Translations under genes and position numbers: made by a program
Shown here: positions 13,991 through 25,900 of the stretch, piece after piece
How the letters are laid out: each line of letters starts with the position of its first letter
How positions within the stretch are numbered: position 1 is the stretch's first letter
The notes under the pieces: model-generated
What the model was told of the DNA's origin: nothing
Database searches by the model: none
Seen by the model: only the letters and a program-made list of their open reading frames with translations
Source of the DNA: Callorhinchus milii
Taxonomy: Eukaryota
DNA: 64,000 nucleotides
Reading direction: 5' to 3'
NCBI RefSeq assembly: GCF_018977255.1
Contig: NW_024704742.1
Location: 64,296,001-64,360,000, forward strand

Positions 13991-14546
13991 GACCTCATTC
14001 CCTGAATAGATTGTAAGTTCTCCAAAAATGGCTTGAAACTTGTGAAAATAAATTTAAGGCATCAGAAAGCACTCCAAATTCTTTAATATCTATTTGAACA
14101 ACCTCTAAATGACAATTTGGTTTCTCATAGATATAATGACCTCTGCTGATGGCAAAGGCAATAGTGACCTGAAGGACATAGTTTGATGCAAATGGCAGGC
14201 TGATACCAGCTACAGTCAGTTTGCTGGAATTATCTGAGGTGAACTTGAGGCAAAATATTTTCATTATTTTTACAATTGCAGACCGGACGTTCCTTCTGGC
14301 GAAGAGTGATTTAAAAATCCTTCTTGTGTTTATCACAGTAATTCAGCTCTATCAAATGCCTTTTAATAATCCAAGTCCACACAGGTTCAGGACTGTGAAG
14401 AGGAAGTTGAGTTCAGACACCAAGCATTTCTTTGTATGTTAGATCCACTGTGTAGCACATGTGTCTCTGGGTTAAGAAGTTATGGGTTCAAACCCTGTTG
14501 ACCCGTGGAGTCTGGTGTCCTATTCCATCTACCCACATAATAGATG

Positions 14547-14579
<33 letters not shown>

Positions 14580-16349
14580 TTTGCATCAGTGCAAAGCCTC
14601 AACTGTTCAGCACCTTGGAACATCATCCTGACATGAAAGATGCTACATAAATGCAATTTGGTGTTGTTGCATTTGATTGAGTACCTTATCACATCATTGA
14701 GACATTGTGCACTCACAGGATTTTACTGTGATGTGTATTTGCAAGTGAACATGGCAATTTGCACCCAACAATGTCCAACAAACAGCCATGAAGTAAAGAC
14801 CAATTTTGCTTACTTTGAAGGATTGTTGTCCAGGACAACTGGAGAAACGCCGTACCCTTTTTGAATAGTGCCATGTGATCTTTAATCTGAACAGCCAGAC
14901 AGAACTTCAATTTAACTTTTCATCCGAAAGATGGCACCATTAACAATGCAGTGGGTCCACCACAACAACTACAACTGTTTGCATTTATATAGTGCCCTTT
15001 ACGATGGACAGAGTCTCAGAGCGCCCCTATTATTGCATTGGAGCGCCAGCCTAGACTATGTGAGTTCAAAGTTCAAACCCACAATCTTCTAACTCAGAGG
15101 TGAGTGTGCTACCAACTGAGCCAGGCATATTCAGAGCATCTTTACAAAGCATCTTTCTCACTTGAACAGATCTTTCTTTTTATTTTTGCTGAACAAACAT
15201 TCAAAAAAAATATTGTCCAACATGTGTATATGAAATTCGATGTTTTCAAGTAAAGTGCTTATAATCTTTGAGGTGTATTTGTATATTTTTATATTAGGAT
15301 TTAGAGCTTATACTTTGGCAGTGATACCTGTCTCCAAGTGACTCTAGTAAAGGAATATCGACTGAATTTGCTTTCAGAATTGATTCTAAAGTAAAAAGCT
15401 TGGGCTCTGGAACACTTTAGTATCACTCCTGCAATCTCCAGGCTTGACAGGTTCCCTAGTTCCTCTGAAGTTTGTGGAGTTACTGCAAAGCGTACTCATG
15501 CAAGAGAAAGCTTATACTTACACTTAGGCAAAGGACAACACGCTATATTTTTGTAGCATATTGCTGTGCAATTCCTCCATGAATCCATTCGAACAATTTT
15601 GCATACTTCAATGCTGTGTTAGCAGTCAAAGCAAGTTTTCCACGCATCAAATATAATTGTAATGATGATCATTGGAGACAACAGCAATGCACCCACTGTG
15701 TTATTATGCAATGGTCTAATTACTTAAGTAGTTATTGTTTACAATGCCAGGAATTATAACAGCACATTTTTAGAAGAATCTTCTAAAATTGAACACTGGG
15801 GATTTACACCACACATTTACAGCAGTGAGTGCTGAAAAAAACAGGCAGATCTGCAATGTTTGTGGTTAAATGCAAGCCTGGCAAACTTTCCCAAGCACTT
15901 TTCCACAATGTTCTGAACAATTCCAAGACAGCCAGAGTGCATTCATACCATGAATCCTAGTTTAATTTATTTTTACTGTCTGTTCTTTTGAGTGCTTCAT
16001 ATCTGTAATTTAGAGTAACTAGAAAGTGGTTGTACATTGGTTATATTGCATTCTAGCACAGGGTAGTTATAGCAAAATGGATGCCCTGGTTATACAGTGT
16101 TATATTGTAAGACAGCATATAGTTATATAAAAATAGCTACTTGGGTTTAGACTGTTTTGCCAACAAAGCACAAAGTCAATAAACACTTTACAGCATATTC
16201 TGTGAAGTGCTTTAAGATGTCTCCATGACGTGATAAGGCACTATATCAAATGCAAGGATTATATTATTATTATTTTATTATTATTATTTTGTAAAACTTG
16301 TATAGTTATATAAAAGTGAATACCCTGATCTTACAGTATAGTATTGTAT

Positions 16350-16995
16350 TCCTTCCCCACATCGAGTACCTGACCAGGATCGCCTTCCTCCACCTCCGCC
16401 ACATTGCCCCCCCTCTAACAGTACCTTACCCCAAATGCAGCTGAAACCCTATTGCATGTGTTAGTCACCTCCCGCCTGGATTACTCAAACGCACTCCTCG
16501 TCGGTCTCCCCAGCTCCACTATTCAAAATATCCAGCTCATTCAGAACCTCTGCCGCCCACATACTGACCTGGACCAAACCCCGTACCCATGTCTCCCCAG
16601 TTCTAGCCAGGCTCCACTGGCTCCCCATCATCAAATGGATTGACTTCAAGATCCTCACTTTTGTGTTCAAATCCATTCACTCACTGGCACCTCCCTACCT
16701 CTCCGACCTCCTCACTCCTCAATCCACCATCTGGTACCTCCACTCGACTGGCACCGGTCTCCTGCTCATCCCTCGCACCCTCCGCCCCACCATCAGAGGT
16801 CATGCTTTCAGCCAATACTCTCCAAAACTCTGAAACACTTTCCCTCAATCCCGCCGCCTTGTCCCTTCTCTCTCCTCTTTCAAGCCCCATCTGAAAACTT
16901 TCCTGTTTGATCGTGCTTACAGCCACCTCTCCCTGGCTCAGAATCAGGCTCTGCCACTGTTAAGTGCTCTGTAACACAGGGTAGAGTTATTATAA
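16350..16995 (+). mobile_element. L2 LINE 3' fragment
   Basis: HVLVTSRLDYSNALLVGLP...IQLIQN motif and 3' tail. Confidence 0.85.
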
Positions 16996-17174
16996 ATGTG
17001 AATGCCCTAATTCTACGATGTTATATTTTAACATAGGATATAATCTTACATATATAGTAATTGGGTACCCTGGTTATACAGTGCTGCATTGAAACACAGG
17101 GTATAGTTATATAAAATTAGATACCTGGTTATACATTGTACACAGGAGATAGTTATATAAACTGCAGTATATGG

Positions 17175-17686
17175 CAGGATGGCCATATGTCCGCAATTTC
17201 CAGGGACAGTCGCTGGATGAGGTATTGTGTCCCTGGCCAAATTTACTCTGTCTTGAAATAAAAACAGAAGTCACTGGGAACATTCAGCAGGTCAGGCAGC
17301 ATCTATGGAGAAAGGAAAGTGATTCAACATTTCGTGTCCATGACCCTCCGGTTCTGACAAAGTGCTATGGACCCAAAACGTTGACTCACTTCCTTTTCTC
17401 CATAGATGCTGCCTGACCTGCTGAGTGTTCCCAGCGATTTCTGTTTTTGTTTCAGATTTCCAGCATCTGCAGTATTTTGCATTTTGCTCTGTCTTGAGTT
17501 CAGTAATAAACTGAGCAAGAACAATGAAATTCTAAAACAGATACAGTCATCAGAGAAATACAGCCATCAATCCAACAAGCTTCTCCAATACTGCTGACAT
17601 CAAGAATCGTAATGATTTAAAAAGAAATTATACATTGGTTATATTGTAATGTCCCCAGATTTGTTTTACAAAATATGGTCACCATA
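17175..17686. mobile_element. hAT (Tip100-like) MITE containing a nested Penelope-like insertion
   Basis: Ends caggatggccatat / atatggtcaccata resemble the YAGGGTGACCATAT TIR type; 8-bp TSD gtatatgg / gtatatga (7/8). Confidence 0.7.
17254..17486 (+). mobile_element. Penelope-like-element-derived inverted-repeat (hairpin) insertion with degenerate hammerhead core
   Basis: About 90-bp inverted arms (17254-17454) plus tail gatttccagcatctgcagtattttg; 11-bp TSD ctctgtcttga (17246-17256, 17487-17497); core gttCTGACAAagtgctatggacccAAAACgttgact. Confidence 0.7.
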
Positions 17687-19199
17687 GTATATGAGGTCTT
17701 GTTTTCTAAAATGATGCAACAAATTGATTTTCTAAAAATCAAAATGTAGTCATATAAAAGTGGTTTATAATGTAAGTGTAAACCAGGGTATAGTTAAAAT
17801 GATGCAGAAAATTGATCTGCTAAAAAGCAATAAGTAGCCCCCGACATCTCTTGGCATGTGTAACTAAGTCTGTAAATAAAATTTCCATTGAACCTCTGTT
17901 TTAGGGGCATTTATATTTTCTCGTGGGATGCGCAAAGAAAGAGAATAGTTATAATATCAATGATTCAATTTATGCTCCATAATTGTTTCTAGATATTCAT
18001 CGCTGCACACCTGGCTCTGCAGCTGGTCTAAGGTTGTATTTACTGTAATAAAACTCAATCATTTCCTTCCATGCGGTTAAGAAGCTAATTGCCTTCCAGA
18101 AATAAACTTAAACACATTATGTTTCCTCTGAGGAACTCATTGCACAAGAGGTGTCTAATCTTTTCAAAAGCTGGGTAAACACAGGATTAAGAGCTTTCTG
18201 ATATAGAGCATGCATTAGTTTGTCATTGTAAATAATTTAACTCTGCTCAAACAAAGGAAAAATGCTGCAAAGTTTCCTATTTCCCATTCCAGTTTAATTC
18301 TATTACATGATTGTTTTATTGCATCCATTTGTGTTTAATTATAACAAAATGTGATGTTGCCATGTGTCAAGAGCATCAAACAGATTTCAATGTAAATTGG
18401 TATCATTGTCATTCAACATTCAAAAGTAGAAATGTTATCAAAAGTATTTTGTTTACTGAACTTTGAAAATCAGAAAATTGGAATTCTATCTTTTTAACCT
18501 TGCCCTTTTTATTTTTTTCAACATTTTATAGACTTCTATTTTATTAATACTTCTCTGACATGTTCTACTTTGTTCTTCTCAAGCTGGAATGCATTGCCTG
18601 AAATGGTGGTGGAAGCAGATTCAATAATAACTTTGAAAAGGGAATTGGATATCTATTTGAAAAGAAAAAGATTGCAAGGCTATGGGGAAAGAGTGGGGGA
18701 GTGGGACTAATTGGATAGCTTTTTCAAAGAGCCTGCACAGGCATGATGGGCCGAATGGCCTCCTGTGCGGTTCTATGTAAAATCATGCAGAACTGTGGAA
18801 AATTCTTAAACTCAATCTTAACCATCACTGGAAAACAGGAAACAATTTCTCGAATGGGTCTCCTGATATATTTTCAGTGAGGAATTCCTCATGTCGCTGA
18901 GTGGGTGTTGGTGCACTTTGTGAAATCACTTCATTTATTAACATGAGATATTTGTCACCATATGGGTTCACACCACAATGTCACTTGCATTTGTTCCATT
19001 GCAGAAGGTAGCAATATTTCTTTTTGTTTCATACAATATTTGTCTCTATTCTAGCAGTCTGCGTGAGAGGCAGAATTTACTTTGGATAAACAAATATAAT
19101 AACACAGGCTCTGACAGCAGAACATCATTGGTGAATCAAAGCTGCCCAACCAAATTGCCAGAAGATTCCTTCAACACACCTCTGTCATCATCTAGTAAA

Positions 19200-19630
19200 C
19201 GTCAGCTTGGCTTTGTTAGTCGCACTCTCGCCTCTGAGTCAGAAGGATGTGGGTTCAAGCCTGGGATGTCGGATTTGGAATTCTTATAGTCTAAGCTGAC
19301 ATGCCACTGCAGTGCTGCATATTTAGAGGTGACATGCTTTGGATGAGACATTAAATCGAGCCCCATCTGCCTGTTCAGATGGAGGCTAAATATCCCATGG
19401 CACTATTTGAAAAGAGGAGGGAGTTTCACCCGGTATTCTGGCCAAAAAATCCCCCCAAATAACATTAGCCGCTCACTCCATGGCTATTTGTGGGACATTA
19501 CTGTGTGCAAACTAGCTGCCTTGGTTCACCTAAAAAGTACAGTTATTATACTTTACAGTAATTTCTGTGAAGCGCTTTGGGACATCTCAATGTCGGGAAA
19601 ATGTACAATATCAAATCCAAAGATTATTAT
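19200..19630 (+). mobile_element. Deu-domain SINE (SacSINE1/AmnSINE1-related); further copies near 9350-9790, 14660-15125, 28050-28360, 31760-32295, 34610-35060, 35850-36145, 42260-42480, 60420-60640
   Basis: tRNA-like head (gcactctcgcctctgagtcagaagg..gggttcaag), central ggatgagacattaaa...atcccatggcactatttgaa...ccggt.t.ctggccaa domain, same 3' tail as the other SINE. Confidence 0.8.
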
Positions 19631-20004
19631 AAAATCTTTGCTCACCAAATGTATACTTTTGAAGGCAAAGCTGAGAACTGGATGAAATGTATGCAGTGTT
19701 TCCAAATGATAGACATTGATTCTGCGCTGCTCAGGTCTGATTAACAAAGGACTTAATGTCGATGCAGTTTGACATGAAAGACATTACAGTTGTTGAATTG
19801 GTCTGGACAAGAATAATGTCTGAGCTGGATTATTTGGTGAGCCTGTTCATTTACATCTTGCAAGCTTTTTTTTATAGACTTGCAGCTTTAAGACAGCCAC
19901 GGAGTCAGAGAAGCATCATGTATTATCTGTCTGGTTAAACAGATTAGGCCTTTATTAGCTAGAACAACAAAGAAAAGGAAGCTTTGCTGCAGCGAATGGC
20001 TATT

Positions 20005-20322
20005 TCCTGTAGCTCAGTGGTTAGAGCACTCGCCTTGCAAGCGAGACACCTGAGTTCAATTCCAGGCAGAGCGAAACCTTGGACAAGTTTCCTTACACCA
20101 CACGCCTAATAATAATCCCTCCAAAACAAAAACAATAATAAATTGGTCACTTTCAATCCACGACTGTTTGTGGGACACTGCCGTGCGCAATTGGCTGCCA
20201 CATTTCACCCACAAATATACAGTCAATTCACTTTACAGCCTATTCTGTGAATTGCTTTGAGACGTCGAGAAGACATGAAAAGCGCTATTTCAAATGCAAG
20301 GATTATTAATACTATTATAATT
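20005..20322 (+). mobile_element. Full-length tRNA-head SINE, short variant
   Basis: tagctcagtggttagagc (A box), ttgcaa loop, gagttcaattcc (B box), L2-like 3' end with (ATT)n. Confidence 0.9.
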
Positions 20323-20954
20323 ATTTGCATTATTAGTCAGTCAGTAAGGCTGCCTATCCATCTCTAGGCCTAATCTGTCAGTCTACAAAAACATAGTTAC
20401 TACAACATATACTATGAAGTGTTTTGCGATGTTTTGAAGTTATAAGCACTATAGAAATTAAAATTCTTGCACAAGCCTATTCAGATGCTTGATTGTACTT
20501 TAATAATCCTTGCATTTGATCTAGTGTCTTTCACGTCAGGAGGACATCTCAAAGAGTTTCACAGGATTTGAACTTTCAGACTATTTCTTTCCAGTTCAGC
20601 ACATGGTACGGTTTTGTGATTATTTCACCTTGTGAGAGTTAAACTCCAAAAGGAAACTATTTCTTCAAAGCTTTTTTCAGCTTTGACCGGAGGAGTCAAA
20701 TATATTAACAGAAAATAATCCATACATTTGATACAGTGCCTTTCATGTCAAATGGACATCTCAAAGCGCTGCAGAAAATTTAATGCAAAATGTAATGACT
20801 GTGTGATGTTAATATTAATAATAATCCTTGCATTTGATATCGGACCTTATCACATCATTGGGTGTCTCAAAGAGCTTCACAGAATATACTTTAAAGTGAA
20901 TTGACTGTATATTTTGTGAGCGAAACCCTGCATGTTAATCCTGCAATCAAAAAC

Positions 20955-21285
20955 CCTAGTCGGTAGCAATGGTCCTAGCTGGACAAGCAACAGGGCAACT
21001 TGCCAGGTCATGCTTTCAGTGGCAAGCTATTCAGTTTAGCTAGTTAAACTTCAGCAGTACCCCAACACTCAAGGGGGTGCTTCGAAGCCAAGCCTTGGCT
21101 CTTGCCAACGTGCACCTAATACTCTCTGAAATTGGGTTAGCACGGTGTTTCCCTCCGGGGCGAGAGTGCACATTCCATTCCAGACATGGGAATTTCCACT
21201 TGTAAATGACATACATGAAACTCTGTCTGGTTTGATACTGTTCATATAGTGATTGGTTACCGCTTGTGTCAGACACTCAGCAAAT
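20955..21285 (+). repeat. Unclassified interspersed repeat (copies 25340-25590, 47025-47240, 48270-48425; partial at 23720 and 62375)
   Basis: Shared blocks gtggtcctagctggacaagc, gagagtgcacattccattcc, gggaaatttcc, gtgtcagacacc. Confidence 0.7.
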
Positions 21286-21598
21286 AGCAGGAAATGGCAC
21301 AGCCAATTTGCACACAGCAGTGTCCAACAAACAACCATGGAGTGAATGATCAATTTTACTGGGGGATTGTTGACCAATATGATTAAATATTAAGGATATG
21401 TATGAGACGAAAGTGGCTTTGTTTAATGGTTTTCCTCTCTTCCTGTAATACTCAGGCTATAAAGCAATCTGGTCAGGCCGCACCTAGAGCCCTGGATACC
21501 GTCTGGTTACTACGATATAAGGGACTGCCCAGGCCCTAGAGACAGTGCAGAGAAGACCAACAAGGATGATCCCCAGTGTTTGAGGAATGACCTATGAG

Positions 21599-22942
21599 CT
21601 GGGCCAATAGAAAAGTGAGGGTGCACTCTCTCTGCATTTTCCACTACAACGGTCCTCGCCTGCTACAAACCTGCTACAAACATCCCCCTCAGGTACTAAC
21701 CTGTACTAACCTGTACACACAGTGCCCAGGCATCTCGTGCTGTTTGATCGCCGCCGCTACTATGGCCAGAGCGGCTCCGATCGCGCTTGCACAGAGCGGT
21801 CAATTCGGGGATTGTGGAAGCCCCGTTTGCAGAAAATCGACCTCGATAGGAAAAGCAGCTGCATCACACACTATTGTACTGCCACAAATTCTTGCTAAGT
21901 GCTGCACTATTCACATTAAAATATTTAGTATTTTGAACATAACTCCATTTTCAGGAAATATATACCTATAGTTTTAATCAGGGATGTTTCACTTTTTAGG
22001 TTGTACAATACAAAAATATCCAAACGTTTTTTGTAAATCCCGTGAGGAAGCCAAAGGGCAACACGTCTCATTTTCCATCTGTCCTTCAGATAGACCTGTA
22101 CTATATCCAGACCTTCATGAAGAAGGGGGCAGTTGTTTTTTCATGTTTGCTGTCACACAATTGACCATGTTGGCAAGCGTACCATTGATGAGCACTTGAA
22201 ATCTCGGAAATGTGAATGCAAGGCAGCGGCAATAGAGAAAAGCAATGTAGGTAAAATAATAACATATATTAAATGAAAATGTATCATTATTTGCTTTCAC
22301 TCTAATTTTGAAAAAATCTTAATTTGTGTGATTACAAAAGTTAATATCCCTCTTTTTTGACTGAATTTTAAAACAACCTCAGCAAGCAAAAGACAAATAG
22401 ACAGAACATTTCAAATGACAAATGCATCATGAAGATCAATTTTTATGTTTTCCTTTCTAGGTGGATCTGGACCTCAAAGACAACTTGCAACCTTCTCTAG
22501 AGCCACTGCATCATCTATGAAGAGGAAAAATTCATATTGGTCTTTGGGCAGTGTTTGACAAGAGCAGACATACCGTTTCAAAAAGCTCCTGCCTTCCAAG
22601 CGTTTCTATGCAAGTACACAAAACCAGGAGGGACTATTCCAACACCATCACAGCTTCGTACGTACTTTTGAAAGGTGTTATGTTCTGTTTTTGTTAAAGA
22701 AAATATTTATAAATCAGGGTTTTTTCCAACAATCTATGATGTGTTATTTCTTCATGTTTAGTTTTTAAAAATGAGAAAACAGAAAAAATGCAGGTTTAGC
22801 AGTAAAATGCGTCTCTCAATAGCACCAATCAACCCTCTGCAACTCTCTGCAAAATGTAACAATTTCTTCCGCAATTGCCACAGCATACGCAAAGCCCTCC
22901 GCAATTTTTCACCAATAGTTCCGCACTTTTCTATTGTCCCAG
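21599..22942 (+). mobile_element. Non-autonomous hAT-superfamily DNA transposon (CGGBP-related) inserted in a CR1 fragment
   Basis: TIRs ctgggccaatagaaaagtgagg (21599-21620) and ccgcacttttctattgtcccag (22921-22942), 20/22 complementary; perfect 8-bp TSD cctatgag (21591-21598, 22943-22950); CR1-like sequence resumes across the insertion. Confidence 0.9.
22075..22671 (+). pseudogene. Decayed two-exon CGGBP1-like (BED zinc finger + hAT DNA-binding region) coding remnant inside the transposon
   Basis: Exon A to 22250: PSDRPVLYPDLHEEGG/(K)LFFHVCCHTIDHVGKRTIDEHLKSRK...IEKSNV vs CGGBP1 PLDRVTEFGGELHEDGGKLFCTSCNVVLNHVRKSAISDHLKSKTH...EEQNV. Phase-1 GT-AG intron 22251-22460. Exon B: GSGPQRQLATF.../EKFILVFGQCLTRADIPFQKAPAFQAFLCKYTKPGGTIPTPSQLRTYF* vs VIQDFVKMCLEANIPLEKADHPAVRAFLSRHVKNGGSIPKSDQLRRAYL. 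At least two frameshifts. Confidence 0.85.
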
Positions 22943-25900
22943 CCTATGAGTAACAATTATACAAGCTAGGGCTCTTCAGTCTTGAAGACGACTCAGAGGG
23001 GAACTCTCAGAGGTGTACAAAATGGGATTGAAAATGTAAACCCAGATTAATATTTAGGATGCACCAAGACAGCAGAACAAAAGGGCATAGGTTGAGAGCT
23101 GCAAAGGACAATTTCAAGACAAACACCATAAAGTTTTCCTTTTTCCAGAGGATAATTAATAATAATAATCCTGGCATTTGATATTGCGCCTTGTCATGTC
23201 TTTGAGATGTCTCAAAGCGCTTCACAGAATATATTGTAAAGTGAATTGACTGTATATTTTGTGGGCGAAACGCAGGAACCAATTGCACACAGCAGTGTCC
23301 CACAAACAGTCATGGATTGAGTGACCAAATTTGTTTTACTTAATGACTGGAACTGGTTGCCAAGAAGGGTGGTTGAGGCCAGGACACTGGACTCATTTAA
23401 AAAGCAGCTTCATGTTGTGATAGGAGGACAGTAGGGTGGGTATTCTCAGAGATGAAATTAGAAAAGATTTCTTCATCCAAACTGATCTTGCGATCTGCAC
23501 ATGATGATAGTATGCATTGCAACAGTACATTGCTTTTCACTCAGGAAAGTGTACCCATGTTTGGGGTTTGATGTCTTCCCAGTTTTCAGATGTCTTCTGT
23601 CAGAGCCATGCTTGGCAACCATAACCCTGAACTCAATACCTGGAAAGCTTACAGAATCAATCATTAGAGGCAGAATGTAAGTGATCAATAGTAATCTGAT
23701 AAATGAGAATGAGTATCTCTCCAAGGAGAAAGTGTGTATTTCATTCCAGACAGAAGAGATATCTATGTGTTGCTAGGCTGACAAAGGAGTATAAATTGGT
23801 GTCTAATTGATGGCATTTGGCAGTGAACTGTAGTTTCTGGTCCTATTCTTGGTCCACATGGCAATGAATCTTGTAGTGAGTATAATATTAGTCTTGTCCC
23901 CCCTCGCAGTCTTGCTAACCCACTCACAGAGACACAGAAAACATCTTGCAGTGGAGATTATTGAAGGAATTTGCACAAAAAATCTCCTTCTATTTTATTT
24001 CCCATGTATTTAAATTGAAAACCCATACACCAATATTGCAAATATCCAACAATCCTCAACGTTAAAGGACCCAATTATGGGTGAACCACACAGTGAATGC
24101 GGACTTTTATGAGATATTTCCTGCTGTCTCTTGTGCAATTCTGAGAAAAGGAGGGCTGCTGCGTACAGTAATTACACTTTTATGAGTCTAAGGTTTGAGT
24201 ACAGAAATAAATGTTGTGACATCCTTCGTCTCCACTTAAGAAATATGTGAGTGACAAGTGATGGCAGAAGCACTCTTTGAATAATTTAAGCGATATGCAC
24301 TGATAGCAAGCTGGGAAGTGCGGCTATAACTAGGTCTTATTAGATGTTCTTTTAGTGCAGAAGCTGATCTCACAGTGCTAGCAGAATGCATATTTCTGCG
24401 GACTGCAACTCTATCCCAGTTAGGGAGCAAATTCTGCACACAACAGACTTAGTCTCCGGGTGAATTCTGTGAAACTACAGTTCAATACCAAATGCCATCA
24501 ATTAGACTCCAATTTTTACTCCCTTGTCAGCCTGGCAACACATGGATATCTCTCCTGTCTGTTGTTTCCTGGGAAATAAAGCCGAGCTTTAAACCAGGTG
24601 TCAGCCTAAATGTCAAAGCAGCACCTTGTGTTCTCTCACTCTCTCTTTCTTTCTCTCTGTCACCAACTTTCTCAATTAAATTTGCTCTGTGACCTTCTAA
24701 AATCTTACCAACTCACCTGCTCCATCCTCTAGGCAGGCACTGGCATGCTTCACATCCCTGGTTTGCCCACCCTAACATCAGCCTTTCTGCACTCGCCCAC
24801 ACACCCATTTCGGAGACCCTTCGCTTTGCCCCTTCCCTCGCCTGCTTCAAGGTCAGTCTCAAGACCTTCCTTTGACCACGCCTTTGGTCAACTTCCCACC
24901 CCCACACTCAACTCCTTAACCTCCATTTCTCTGAAATCCAACCTCAGGCCAAACCCTCAACTGTCCAGCACCTTAGTACATCGTCCCGACATGAAAGGTG
25001 CTATATATAAATGCAATTTGTTTGTTTTATTGCGGTGCTTTGTTATGTAATTGAAACTTCTCAAAGGGCTTCACAGGATTCTTACAGTAAAGTGCAGTGA
25101 CTACACAATTTACAGGCAAACACTAGCCAATTTGCACCCTGCATTGTCCCACGAAGAGTTATGAAGTGAATGTCCAATTTTATCTGGGAAATTGTTGGGC
25201 AGGACACTGGAGAAACTCTAATTTTTGAAGGGTCTTGAAGAAATACTGCTCATTAGCAGGATTTGGAAGGGCAGTCATTGGGAGCAGGAATTCTTCACAC
25301 TTGGCTCCTATTAACTGTTAAAACCAAAGCCATGAGCACAGTGGTCCTAGATGGTCAAGCAGCAGGAAGTTTGTCAGACAGTACCCCAATGCACACCTTG
25401 GGATCCCCAAGCCCCAGCTCTTGCCAAACTGTACCTAATACTCCCCGGAATTAGGTAGACAGGGAGCATCTCTCCAGGGAGAGAGTACACATTCCATTCC
25501 AAACACAGGGAAATTTCCATGGGTGAGTGTGAGGTTTGGATAGACTGAACCGGGATGATGGGATTCCTAGTGTCAGACACCAGGTCGATCAAAACAAATC
25601 GAAGAAATTCGAGAAGACCCGCTGAGGTTTTCATAAACATGAACTAAGGCAGAATAAATGTATTAATGGAATTTCAGCCGCTTGTTAATGAACAGGTGTT
25701 TCACTGTTGCAGTAATTTAAATGAATGGCTTTGGCCGTAAGCATTGAGCCCTTTTATGAGGAAATCAAACAGAATGACAATGAGATGCTCTGCGAACTGC
25801 AGAGAAGACAGCTGTCTCACCAGTTTGGCAGCTTTGCCATTGTTTATTTCAAACAGATATTTAGCAGGGTGGTGCAGCTCACTGAAACCCCATCACAGAC

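Larger units (their letters stand above)
21445..23465 (+). mobile_element. CR1-clade LINE 3' fragment, split by the hAT element and a SINE
   Basis: LETVQRRPTRMIP-like region before 21598; ctagggctcttcagtcttgaa...agaggggaa continues after 22950. Confidence 0.7.

Noticed and set aside
20005..20075. tRNA-Ala gene
   Set aside because: No proper acceptor stem and it runs directly into a SINE body and tail; same for 2957 and 40810-40879
22461..22671. Host-gene exon or functional CGGBP1 gene
   Set aside because: Lies inside TIRs and TSD, has frameshifts and lost zinc ligands; treated as a transposon remnant
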